Shown here in pieces: positions 47,295 through 58,052 of a stretch of DNA of 64,000 nucleotides (position 1 is the first letter of the stretch; each line of letters opens with the position of its first letter). The notes below the pieces were generated by a model. That model was not told the origin of the DNA. It saw nothing but the letters and a program-made list of their open reading frames with translations, and did no database searches. The position numbers were made by a program, and so were the translations under genes. Source of the stretch: Azolla caroliniana (taxonomy: Eukaryota; Plantae; Polypodiophyta); NCBI GenBank assembly GCA_043228905.1, contig JBHGNT010000003.1, forward strand, positions 22,444,001 to 22,508,000. The letters are read 5' to 3'.

Positions 47295-47930
47295 GAGTCG
47301 TCACTGTTTGAATCAAAGCATGAATGGCTATGAATCAAGAATGTTAGGCTTTCAATTTTCCAAATAAAATGAAACGGATATTTTCCATGTCTGAATCAAG
47401 GTAAGAAGGGAAATGAAGCAAGGGTATGATACTTTCCAATGTCTAATTCAGGAATGAATGGTATTTTCCATTGCTAAATCAAGTCAAGAAGAGGAGATAT
47501 TGTCTAAATCAATTTGAGAATGGGGGGAGTATTACTAGATATTTGATACTTTTCATTCTGTAAATGAAGTCAAGAAGAAGGGTGAACCAGGTATATACAA
47601 CTTTTCATTTGTCTAAATTCTGTGAAGGTGGGTCGTTTTCATTGTCTGAATTAAGTCAAGAAGATGGTGAAGAGACCTTTTCACTGTTTAAATCAAGTCA
47701 AGGAGACTGATGAAGATAGTTTGTGTGGTTTAAATCAAGTGGGAAACAAGATCAAAGATACTTTTCATTGTCTCAATCAAGTTGGGTACATGGAGTGTTT
47801 TATTAGATATGTAGTTCAAACTTTTCATTGAACAAATTTAGTCAAGGAGGGGCTTCTTAGTTCTCCAAATCAAATCAAGAAGGGGGTGTGTGAAGAGACT
47901 TTTCATTGACCAAATTTAATGAAAAAAAGG
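47295..47930. repeat. Decayed minisatellite (TTTTCATTGTCTAAATCAAGTCAAGAAG-like, ~45-65 bp spacing)
   Basis: About ten diverged recurrences of ttttcattg...aaatcaag. Confidence 0.65.
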
Positions 47931-48681
47931 GGATGAATACTGGAATACTAAAGATCAGTGTGATTTTTGTAATATAAGATTTTGTTTCCTAAGGTCCATT
48001 CATGAATTTAAAGATTGCTTGCATAGTAGCCTCAATTGTTTTGATATAGACATGAAACTAGGACAAAATGGTCCTTGTCATCCTACATCAAGTCTTTGAT
48101 AATTCAGTAATTTGAGTCAATGAGCAAAATAGAATGACAACTTATCTCATATCCAAGAGCCGTAACAACCTATCTCATATCCAACTATGCTAAAAAACAA
48201 AGAGCCGTAATGTTATTCTCTGACCGGACAAGGCCTAACACAAGGTGTCACGGAGACACTTCACCAAAGGGTGATTACGGCATAGGATTATGACTCAACG
48301 ATTACACCGACTTACGTAGGTTACACGATTAGATCGCTTTTGTTAATTACACGCGTAAGATATAACAGTAAGTACAGAACGGAAATCAACGCAGAAGTAT
48401 AAACACCATATGCTCTATTAATTATCCGCTGCGATTACAATGGGGTCCGGGCCTTTAAATAGGTTTCCGGCCCGTAGTACAAAACGGTGCCTATCGCACC
48501 TATTCGGGATCCGTCCGGATCTGGAACGGCATACCATTTCCAGTCCGTCCGTCCATACTATGCTTATTTACAACCATACTTAATTAATTCCTTCACTCCG
48601 TATTTTGGACTCCTTGCCGGCCGGTAACACATGGCACGCCCGTGGGACAGTACCTTGTACGTCGAACCCTTCTCGGCCCCT

Positions 48682-51351
48682 TCATTGTTCACCCAAATTG
48701 TCCAAAATACTTTGTTCCAGAGTTTCCACTTGTTCTTCCGGTTGTGGTTGTTGTGGCTGTGCTTGCTGCTGCTGCTGTGGTTGCGGTTGGGACTGAGGCT
48801 GCTCCGGCTGCTCTATAGGCGGCTGCTCCGTTTGTTTCTCTGACTCCGGCATCCCCGTTTGACTGCTTCCGGTCCGGTCTCCTTCCAGTAACGGTTCCTC
48901 ATCACTGAGGTTGACCGTAACCGGTTCTCGTGCTTTCTCTTCCCGGATCCGGGACCTCTCGTAGCTTTCAAACTGGATCTGCGCCTCCAGCCTGTCGTCG
49001 TCCAGCTGAGCTACAAGTTGCCGGACTTGCCCTAGTTGGTCCTCTGCCAAGGCTTGAAAGTCTTCGGCCAGCTCATCTCTTATGCCGGTGAAGTCTTCGG
49101 AAGTCAGCATATAGCAATCATCTCCCTCCTTCCGCCGGTTCTCTACGTCGGCCCGGAGCAATTGGAGTTCCGCCGCGTTCGTGGCCCACTTGGTCCACCA
49201 TTTGACGGAACCGTTGTCAATCAAGCTCTTGGTCTGGTTCAACCAGGCCCGCATGATATCCTGGATGCGACTTGCTCCCATTTGCGCTCTACTTTCCACA
49301 ACTTGTCGTTCCTCCTTCAACTGCTTGATGAGATTAGCCGTATCCTCCGCCTGCTCTCTGTAGCGCGTCAGCTGCCCTTGATATGTTGTCTGCAGCCTCT
49401 GCAGTACCTCCGCCGCTCTTTCTTTTTCCGCCTGCTGTTGCCTGAGGAGCTCTGTCCGAACCTTCTCCGCCTCTTCCAACCGTCTTCTGGTTTCCGCTTG
49501 TTCATTAGCGTATGCCGTTGCGGTCCGATCAACTGCTTACCGGAGCTCATCCGTCCGTTCCTTGTGCTCCGTTTGCAACCGTTTATACTCCCGGTGCAAG
49601 TGCTCAAATTCCTCCGTTTTTTGTTTGAGCTTGCCGTTGATCTGGCGATGGTTCCGGTCCTCCCGGTCCTTTAGCTGCCGGAGTTCCTCTTTCAGGCGCT
49701 CTACTTCTGTTTCGGCGTTTCTCCGGAGCCTGTCCTTCTCTTGCAGCATTTTCTCCTTTTCCTCCTTGAGCCGGTCATACACTTGGTGGCCTTTTCGTAA
49801 GCTCTCCTCGGCCCGGCGTAGATTTTCAGCAGTCTTTTTGAGTTCTGCCTCCGCTGCCGTCTTCAACTCTCTTTCGCGGCTCCTCAGCGCTTCTTGAGCA
49901 GCTAGCTCATCCTTTAAGTCCGCAAGCTCTTGGGCTTGTGCCGCATTTCTCTCCGGAACGGTTTCCGTTGCCGGGGTCTGATTGCTATGTACAGGTTGAT
50001 CTGACGCTTTATTCTGTACATTGCCCGGAGTCACCGGTGCTTGGACTTGTGTTGTCAAAGCCAATTGAGCCATTTCCCTTGTGACCCTGTCCAAGTCTTG
50101 TTCAAGGCTCCGGATTCTGGACAGGGCCGTCTCTAGATCTACGGTTGTGACGAGCAACCGTTCGTGGTGCGCTCTCTCCTCCGCCTCTATGTACTCGACC
50201 GCTCCGGCGATTTGCTCGCCTACCCACCGTAGCCACATGCTACTGGTGCCTTGCTGCTGTACTGGTCGGGTCGGCTCGTTCACTGTGGAATTGTCTGGCC
50301 TGAGTGCCTGTATCTGCCGTTCTGGTTCTACTCCTTGGCCGCCGTGTGTGCTGGCTGGGCTCGCCGGCTGTTGAGTTCCGGTTCTCGCCGTCTCCGGAGC
50401 CGTTGGAATGACTTCTTGTATAGAAGTCGACAAGGCCGGTTCCATACGCACCGGTTCCGGTTCCTCCCTTGTGGTTTGCTCAGGTTGAGTTGGGGGCGTT
50501 TCTTCCTTTTGCGGGTCCGAACGCTCCCCCGCTGTCCCGGCGGTCCTACTTCTTGACCGTCGTTGGAGGTGCTCTACTGGCTCCTCCGTTTCCTCTTCCT
50601 GGGTAACGGCAGGTATCTGTGCCGTCAAGGGTTCCGGTTCCTTCTGTCCCGGTCGCCGTATGGTTATCTTAACGGGTAGGGCCGGTGACACCTCCTCCGG
50701 TTCTGGGAGCCGTTTCTTCCCTTTCGTCGCCTTCGACGCCAGCAGCTGCTGTCGTTTGGACGCGGGTTTCGAGGTGCTTCCTTCCGATAATCTTGGCCGC
50801 TTCTTTGGCTGAACGGTCTCGACCGGCGGCGCGAGCAATGTTATCCACTGAGCTACGGCATGCCACAGCTTCCGGCCCTCCTTGCCGTCCTTTCCTCGTA
50901 CCGTGTCGATTGCCGTGCACAACCCGTCTGCAATCAACACCGGCCAATCCACCTTGATCCCTTCATAGGTGGCTATGATCATCCCTGCCCGATTTTTTGG
51001 CATGACAGGGGGTCGGGGGTACACGTGGCCGTACTCATGGAGCACTCGAGCTATCTCCCTGAATAGCGGATCTTCGCCGCCCTACGTTCGATAGCCTTTG
51101 CCGGCTACAGAGTACTCACCGAAATATCGGATGAGTTGCTCCGAGGTTGGGTTATCAATCTGAAAAATACCTCCCTCCGGAAGGCCTGTTAACGCACGGA
51201 TCGCTTCCTCGGTGATGACTTCTGTGTCGAGCTCCTTGATGACCCGGTCGGCTTCTTTGTGCGGTGGTGCCTCCATGATGGTCAAGAACCCATCCAGTCC
51301 GTGTTGCTTGAGCCATTTCCTGGCCGCTTCCGACAGCGTTTGTGGTTCCAT
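48682..51351 (-). pseudogene. Accessory ORF of element D in the env position, 889 codons with two in-frame stops
   Basis: ORF-track pieces 51082-51651, 49537-51045 and 48682-49479 are in one frame, separated by a single TAG (51084-51082) and a single TAA (49539-49537). Likely ATG at 51351. Confidence 0.85.
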
Positions 51352-51720
51352 GTCTGTTTCGAGGTCGAGGAAAGATGGCGAGGTAGAGTGGTGATGAGAG
51401 TGAGAGCGAGAGAGAGAGCGTTCCGAACATGGGGGTTCTCTGAGTGCAGGTTCGCGTTTGCTAAGCTTCCACTGCCTTGGTGCTTCTGTGCTTCTTGGCT
51501 CGCGAAAAAAAAAGGTCTCCATGCGTTCTTCTTTTTCTCTGTGCGTCTTGGCGCCTTTTTCGAGCATGCGCACGTCGTGTACCAATTTAGTATTAAGTAA
51601 TGTGGCGGCTCTTAAACGCCCACTACGTACCTTTTCGCTCCTTGCTTTCACGTCCGTTCATACCTCGATTTTTAATGATTTTTTTTTTTTTTTTTTTTTT
51701 TTTGATGACGGTATGTGATC

Positions 51721-54700
51721 TTACACATCCGTAGGTCCCTTCGGACCCTTACCGTTTTCCTTACGGGTTGCCGTGTCTTCCTTCGCCTCTGCTACGGGTT
51801 CTCCGTCGTCTTTTTCTTCCATCCGTACCGTTCCCGGTAGAGTGCCGGTGGGCTGCATAAACGGGTTATTTGGCATCGGTCCTTTATAGGGCTTTAGTCT
51901 AAATCCGTTGACCCACTTGCCTAGCACTTCACCGGCAAGTGTCCCTAACTGATAGGACCCGTTGTATTCCCGTGTCAGCCAATACGGGCCTGTCCATCTA
52001 AACCGGAGTTTACCCGGCATCTTGCCCATCCTCGTTTGGAATACTAGCACCGGCTTTCCGATTTCGAACATCTTTTCATTACCTTTCCGGTGACGGTCAA
52101 CGAACGCTTTCCGTCGTCGTTGCTCCAGTTCCATGTGTAGGATGCTGGCCAGCCGTTGCTCCTCCAGTTCGCATAGTGCTGCTAGCCGCATTTCCTCCGA
52201 CTCCTTTTCATTCAGCCGTTCCCGTAGTTGGATCCGTAAGCTTGGTGCCTGAAATTCCATCGGCATGACCGCCTCTAAGCCGAATGCTAACCGGAACGGT
52301 GTTGTCCGGATACTTGTTTTGTATGCCGTTCGGTACGCCCATAGCGCGCTATGGAGCTTTGTATCCCAGTCCGTCCGGTTTTCATTGACGATTTTGCGGA
52401 GAATGTTCTGCAGCGTTTTGTTGGTGGACTCTGCTAACCCGTTTGCCTGTGGGTAGTACGGTGTGCTCCGTTTATGGACCACGGCATAGAACGTTGTTAA
52501 GCTTTCAACTACCTGGCCGAGGAAGTGCCCTCCTTGGTCGCTGATTAATTCAATCGGACATCCATATCGGCACCAAATGTTTTCGTACAGGAATTTTGCT
52601 GTGGATGACGCGGTGTTGTCTCTCAAGGCCTTAGCCTCCACCCATTTAGTGCAATAATCTGTTGCCACGATGACATAACGATTACCCGTTCTCATTGCCG
52701 GTGGCTTGAACGGTCCGACAAAATCCAACCCCCACTTCTGGAATGGCTCTAGTGGAAGTACCGGTTGGTGTGGCATCCGTGCTTGCTCCGTAGGCTGGCC
52801 CATTCGTTGGCATAGGTCACATTCCTTAGCATACTTGACGGCGTCTTTTAACGTCGTGGGCCACCATAAGCCGCTCTGCCATACTTTCCTTGCCGTCGCT
52901 TCCCCGGCATAGTGTCCTCCGGCAACCCCACAGTGTGCTTCCCGTAAGATTACTTGTTTCTCGTCACTACGGACTGCCCGTCTCCATATTCCATCTGCTC
53001 CCTTGTGGTAGAGAGTGTCCCGTAACAGACAGAAATTGCGGCTCTGCACCGCCAGTCGTTTCCTCTCGTCCCGGTTCATTTCCTCCGGTGGCAGGCCCGT
53101 GCTTAGGAACTGGTGCATGTTTGTCAGCCACCTATCTTCTGATGCCACCGTGTCGTCCGCTGCCGTTTCCGGGGTGATACGGAATAACTCTGCGTCCGGG
53201 AATTCATCCGATACTCCGTCGCCTGATTCTCCGGACTCTAACCGGCTCAGGTAGTCTGCTACGGCATGCTGGATACCGGGCCGGTGGAAGATCTCGAATT
53301 CGAACTCCTGCAACAGCAAGGTCCAACGGGCCAACTTACCGGTCAGGGACGCCTTGGACACTAAGTACAGGAGCGCCGAGTGATCCACATGAAAGGAGAA
53401 CTTCCTTACCAATAGGTAATGACGAAACTTTGTGACACTGTAGATCATGCCCAGGGCCTCCCGTTCCGTAGTCGAATAGTTCTTCTCCGCTTGGGACAAC
53501 TTCCGGCTGGCGTAGTATACCGGCCGGTACCATTTGGGCTCCGTAAGTTGCATTAAGGCGTTGCCGATAGCGATGTCGGAAGCGTCAACGAACACATGAA
53601 ATTCCTTGCTCCAATCCGGAGGCTGCACGACGGGTGCTTGCGACAAAAGTACCTTCAGGGCATTGTATGCCTTATCCTCCATATCCGTCCATTGGAACGG
53701 TGTCCGATGTACCACGGTGTGTAATGGTGTAGCCAAGTCAGCCAAGTGACGGAGCATCCGGTTGTGCCACCGGATCTGTCCTAAGAATCGGCTTAGTGCT
53801 TTGGCCGTTTTCGGCGCCGGTGCCCCTAGTATCGCGTTTACTTTGTCCGGGTCGACCGCAATGCCCTCCTTACTTACAATGTGTCCCAGTAAGATTCCAC
53901 TTGAAACCCCAAAGATGCATTTTGCTGGGTTTAAGCTTAGCCGGTATAACCTACACTTTTCAAGGCATAACCGTAGGTACTGCAAATGGTCTTTTTCCCG
54001 GCTATAGACTGCAAAGTCATCTAGGAACACCTGCATGAAGGCTGGAATGTATTCGCCGAAGATCTCCATGATGATTCGCTGGAAAGTTGCTGGTGCCGTT
54101 TTTAGTCCGAACATCATTACTTCGGCCACAAACACCCCCCATTCGGTTACGAACGTTGTCTTCTCCTGGTCGTCAGGGTGCATCCGGATTTGATTGTATC
54201 CGCTGAACCCGTCTAAAAAGCTATAAACTTCATGGCCGGCGACGGCATCCAGTACTCCATCCGTGAACGGAAGAGGGAATGCATCCGTAATTGTGGCGGC
54301 ATTTAGTTTCCTGTAATCTACACACACGCGGATTTTACCGTTCTTCTTGGGGACGACGACGATGGGGCTCAGCCACGTCGCTTTCTTTACCGGCCGGATG
54401 AAGCCCACTCTTAGGAGTTTGTCGATTTCCTCCTTCACTTTGGCGGCGTAGTTGGGGTTCATTCGGTAACGTCTTTGCGCCACTGGTTTCGCGTCCTTGC
54501 CTAAGTGGATCTGATGCTGATATAATTGAGGGTCCAGCCCTCGCATGTCTTCGTATGACCAGGCGAATACATCGCGAAACTCCGTGAGAAGTTTGATCAT
54601 CGCCGCTTTACCTTCCGGCTTCATTTCTTTGGCGATGTGTACCGGCTTTGATTCGTCCTTGCTTCCTAGGTTCACTTCGTCGAGCTGGGATGTTTTTACC

Positions 54701-55602
54701 CGTTGGGAAACGGCCATTTCCCGTTCCAACGCTTCCTGTGCTTGCCGTAATTCTCGAATCGAATCTTTGTCTGGTTCGGCTTCGATTTCGTCCCGTTGCG
54801 GCAAGTATGGCGCTACGGCTTCAGCTACGTCAATCTCGAAGAGTGGTACGATCTTCGGGTGTTCCTCCAAGTACTGGGCTTCTTCGTCGTCTGCCAACCC
54901 TTCAAGCATGTTCACGCATTCCGCATACAGCGGTGTGCATTCCTTACCGTTGCTCGTCCGTGGTTGTGTCGGTACCCGGACCTTGGCTTTTCCGCGCCGG
55001 AAGGTAATCATATTTTTCCGCCAATTTTGCTTGATGTGTGCTGTTTTCAACCATGGTCTGCCCAGCAACAGTGGGTACGCGCCTTGCGCCTGTAGCTGCA
55101 GCACTACAGCCGAGATGTGAAATGTGTGACCTCCTATGGTGACTTCCAATTTCCGTATTAAGCCCGTCGGCCGTACAGAGCTCGTATCCGCCATCCGTAG
55201 CCAGAACGGACATGGCTCCCATTCATGTATACCCAAGGCATCACACGTGCGGAGGCTTATTACGTTCACCCCGGAACCTCCATCGATTACTGTGCCGGGA
55301 AGTTCGTGCCCTTTGACAATAGCTGTAATCACCGGACTACTAGTGTCCACCACCGTCGGTCCCTCCTCCGGATTCGAGAAGAGGACTGGTGCCGGTGGGG
55401 CTATACCGTCTGTCATGCCCGTTTTTAGTCCTTCCGTAAATCGCGGCACGAGCTGCAAGAGTCTTCCTAATGGCAACATGATCTGACATTCTTGCAGTGC
55501 TTGCCATGTCTCGTTTTCTGGGTGGCTACCGCCGGCACTCCCTATGGTATTCGCCTTTTGCCGTTCCGCGTCCGCGACGTTCCTTTCATTGGCTTCCTTC
55601 AC
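51721..55602 (-). CDS. Pol region of element D (protease, RT, RNase H, integrase), open for 1293 codons
   Basis: VIDGGSGVN; DGFSGYNQI, MFGLKTAPATFQR, FLDD; VDASD, EREAL, VDH, ADYLSR; H..GGH..CDLC, GLDFVGP, SDQG, ANGLAE; WTGPY. Originally continuous with gag; an in-frame stop lies just upstream. Confidence 0.93.
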   Translation of the reverse strand: MKEANERNVADAERQKANTIGSAGGSHPENETWQALQECQIMLPLGRLLQLVPRFTEGLKTGMTDGIAPPAPVLFSNPEEGPTVVDTSSPVITAIVKGHELPGTVIDGGSGVNVISLRTCDALGIHEWEPCPFWLRMADTSSVRPTGLIRKLEVTIGGHTFHISAVVLQLQAQGAYPLLLGRPWLKTAHIKQNWRKNMITFRRGKAKVRVPTQPRTSNGKECTPLYAECVNMLEGLADDEEAQYLEEHPKIVPLFEIDVAEAVAPYLPQRDEIEAEPDKDSIRELRQAQEALEREMAVSQRVKTSQLDEVNLGSKDESKPVHIAKEMKPEGKAAMIKLLTEFRDVFAWSYEDMRGLDPQLYQHQIHLGKDAKPVAQRRYRMNPNYAAKVKEEIDKLLRVGFIRPVKKATWLSPIVVVPKKNGKIRVCVDYRKLNAATITDAFPLPFTDGVLDAVAGHEVYSFLDGFSGYNQIRMHPDDQEKTTFVTEWGVFVAEVMMFGLKTAPATFQRIIMEIFGEYIPAFMQVFLDDFAVYSREKDHLQYLRLCLEKCRLYRLSLNPAKCIFGVSSGILLGHIVSKEGIAVDPDKVNAILGAPAPKTAKALSRFLGQIRWHNRMLRHLADLATPLHTVVHRTPFQWTDMEDKAYNALKVLLSQAPVVQPPDWSKEFHVFVDASDIAIGNALMQLTEPKWYRPVYYASRKLSQAEKNYSTTEREALGMIYSVTKFRHYLLVRKFSFHVDHSALLYLVSKASLTGKLARWTLLLQEFEFEIFHRPGIQHAVADYLSRLESGESGDGVSDEFPDAELFRITPETAADDTVASEDRWLTNMHQFLSTGLPPEEMNRDERKRLAVQSRNFCLLRDTLYHKGADGIWRRAVRSDEKQVILREAHCGVAGGHYAGEATARKVWQSGLWWPTTLKDAVKYAKECDLCQRMGQPTEQARMPHQPVLPLEPFQKWGLDFVGPFKPPAMRTGNRYVIVATDYCTKWVEAKALRDNTASSTAKFLYENIWCRYGCPIELISDQGGHFLGQVVESLTTFYAVVHKRSTPYYPQANGLAESTNKTLQNILRKIVNENRTDWDTKLHSALWAYRTAYKTSIRTTPFRLAFGLEAVMPMEFQAPSLRIQLRERLNEKESEEMRLAALCELEEQRLASILHMELEQRRRKAFVDRHRKGNEKMFEIGKPVLVFQTRMGKMPGKLRFRWTGPYWLTREYNGSYQLGTLAGEVLGKWVNGFRLKPYKGPMPNNPFMQPTGTLPGTVRMEEKDDGEPVAEAKEDTATRKENGKGPKGPTDV

Positions 55603-57580
55603 TCATTCCGTCGCCTGTTTTCGTATGGCCTCTTGTGTTTCCCACTCTTTGGCCATGCCTTTCGACCGTGTGGTTACTTGTTGTATATCCGCCACTTCTG
55701 GAACCACCATATTAACTGCTGGTCGTTTATCGTAGCTCTTTGCCGGGCACTGGTTACTGTAGTGGCCTTCCTGCCTGCAGTAATAGCAGTACTCTTTACG
55801 GGTATTGCTGGATTCAGCATTGCTGGTATCCGGAGTCGGTCCCGTAGTGAGTGGTGCGTTCTGTGTCGGTTGGCTCCTTGGGGTTCCATGTTCCGGGTCC
55901 CTAGTGTGACCACCTTTCTTGAAATTACGTTTCTTATTATTCTTATTTTTATTTCGGTAGTCCGGTCGTGGTGGATCGTAAAATCGGCCTTAGTCCTCCT
56001 GGTGCCTTCGGTAACCAGGGGAATGGTCTCTATCGTATTGCTCGTGTCGTCTGTTGGACTCCCGATAACGGTCCGATCGCTCATACCGGTCGTAGTTATC
56101 ATGCCGATCCCCGTACCGGCCATCATTCTCTTGTCTGTCTCCGTACCGGACATCCTGTGCCGGTCGGTACCGGTTCATTCTTTGCCAACGATCTTCATCT
56201 TCGTCTCGGCTGCTTCTTGGCTCGATCCGTCGGACGGGTGGTGCTTGTCGGTTTAACAGGTTATACTCGCACCGGTCCGTTGTATGACTCTTGGATTGAC
56301 AAATCACACACTGAGTTCGCATGGTGCACTCCACTGCCGAGTGTCCGGCATTCAAGCAGATTGTGCATTGAATTGCCTGCCGGAACCGGAGATCTTCATC
56401 GGTGGGTAACGCCCGTTGCAGTGTTCCCAGTGTAAGCCATGAACTTGACTTTTCCATTTCTCTGACCCGGTCAATGACCTGGTCAATGGTGCTTCCTCGA
56501 AAGTCGATTACCGTACACACTATGCGTAACGGTTCCCGGAGTGCGTTTAAAAATATCGTCCGTAATTCCTCCTCCGGGGGTGCACGGGCAAGCTAGCTAT
56601 GCATTCGTTGGAAACGGATGACGAATTGGGGAATGCTTTCCCCTGCCTCCTGTCGGATCGTATAAAACAGGCCCACCATTGTCGTCTGGTCGACCTCCTT
56701 GTGGAAAAAATGCAAGAATTTTGCTTTTAATTCTGCAAAGGTTGTGATGGTCGCCGGGTCCTGCGTCCGCCGCCATCGTGTCGCTGGTCCTTCCAACGTG
56801 ACCCCGAATTCCGCTATCTTCGAGCGTTCTTCTTCCTACGGTGTCATTCGCTGGGACGTGTGATTTGCTTCCCATGTCTGCTCGAAGGCATGAACATGCG
56901 CTTCCGCGTCCGGATCATCGCGATACTTTGAGTATTGGAACGGCATGTCGTCGTCCAGTATTAGGCCGCGGTTTAGTGGCGTTTGTTGATATCTTTCCGG
57001 TTTTCTCTCCGGTTCCACTTCCGGTTGTTTTGCCGGTGTTTTTTTTCGGTTCCTCTTCCGGTTCTTTCACCGGCTCGTCTTCCGATACCTTCGCCGGCTC
57101 TTTCGTTGGTGTCGGTGGCTTTGCTTCTTCCACTTCCGGTGTTGGTGGGTTGACGGCTTCCGTTTGCGGTTCCGGATAGCCCTGGTCGAGCGGTTCCGGT
57201 TCTGGAGTCGGCACGGTATCCGACCCGTCGTCCTCCGGGCCGCCGGGGGTATCGTTGCTGCTCCGGTAGTTCATGTGCACGCTGTATCCCCCTTCGGAAT
57301 CCGATTCGTAGGCTGAAAAGGCTTCTGCCTCGTTTTCTCCGCTTGCCAGCGCCTCGAGGAGGCGTTCGGTTTCCCGGAGACTACTTAGACTGCTTCCGTC
57401 GTCCTGGTCGCGAGTTTGCTGTAACCGAAGAGATTCCTCCGCGACTCTCCGGATCTCGTTGGAGAACGAACGATCCGAGCGAATTTCGTGCGCTGCTTGC
57501 TGGAAAGTCTCACGCCGTCTTTGCCGTTCGGCGAGGCGTCGAGCTCGGTCTATAACCAGGTCGTGCGTTGGTCTCATCAT
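55603..57580 (-). pseudogene. Gag of element D with one frameshift (~57040) and four stops; three CCHC zinc knuckles
   Basis: Capsid motif AEFGVTLEGPATRW..F..LKAKF..IRQEAGESI..F. Knuckles CTICLNAGHSAVEC, CVICQSKSHTTDRC and CYYCRQEGHYSNQC. Confidence 0.85.
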
Positions 57581-58052
57581 CCATTAAGCCGTCGTTCGCT
57601 GCGAGAAAGCAGGAATCGTGGTCGCCAAAACTGTGTTATTCTCTGACCGGACAAGGCCTAACACAAGGTGTCACGGAGACACTTCACCAAAGGGTGATTA
57701 CGGCATAGGATTATGACTCAACGATTACACCGACTTACGTAGGTTACACGATTAGATCGCTTTTGTTAATTACACGCGTAAGATATAACAGTAAGTACAG
57801 AACGGAAATCAACACAGAAGTATAAACACCATATGCTCTATTAATTATCCGATGCGATTACAATGGGGTCCGGGCCTTTAAATAGATTTCCGGCCCGTAG
57901 TACAAAACGGTGCCTATCGCACCTATTCGGGATCCGTCCGGATCTGGAACGGCATACCGTTTCCAGTCCGTCCGTCCATACTATGCTTATTTACAACCAT
58001 ACTTAATTAATTCCTTCACTCCGTATTTTGGACTCCTTGCCGGCCGGTAACA

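Larger units (their letters stand above)
48211..58052 (-). mobile_element. Full-length Ty3/gypsy element D (non-chromovirus, Athila/Tat-type) with an extra 3' ORF
   Basis: 419-bp LTRs at 57634-58052 (5') and 48211-48629 (3') with 4 differences. TSD CGTAA at 48206-48210 and 58053-58057. PBS TGGCGACCAC (tRNA-Arg type) from 57627 on the minus strand. Confidence 0.96.

Noticed and set aside
51679-51703. A25 tract on the element strand just after the pol stop, as a retroposed poly(A) tail
   Set aside because: No flanking TSD or inserted body; likely a homopolymer expansion.
55492-56256. 254-aa hydrophobic plus-strand ORF, and similar antisense ORFs such as 49036-49674, 34107-34745 and 40825-41733
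   Set aside because: These are shadows of GC-rich, charged TE coding sequence on the opposite strand, with no independent motifs.
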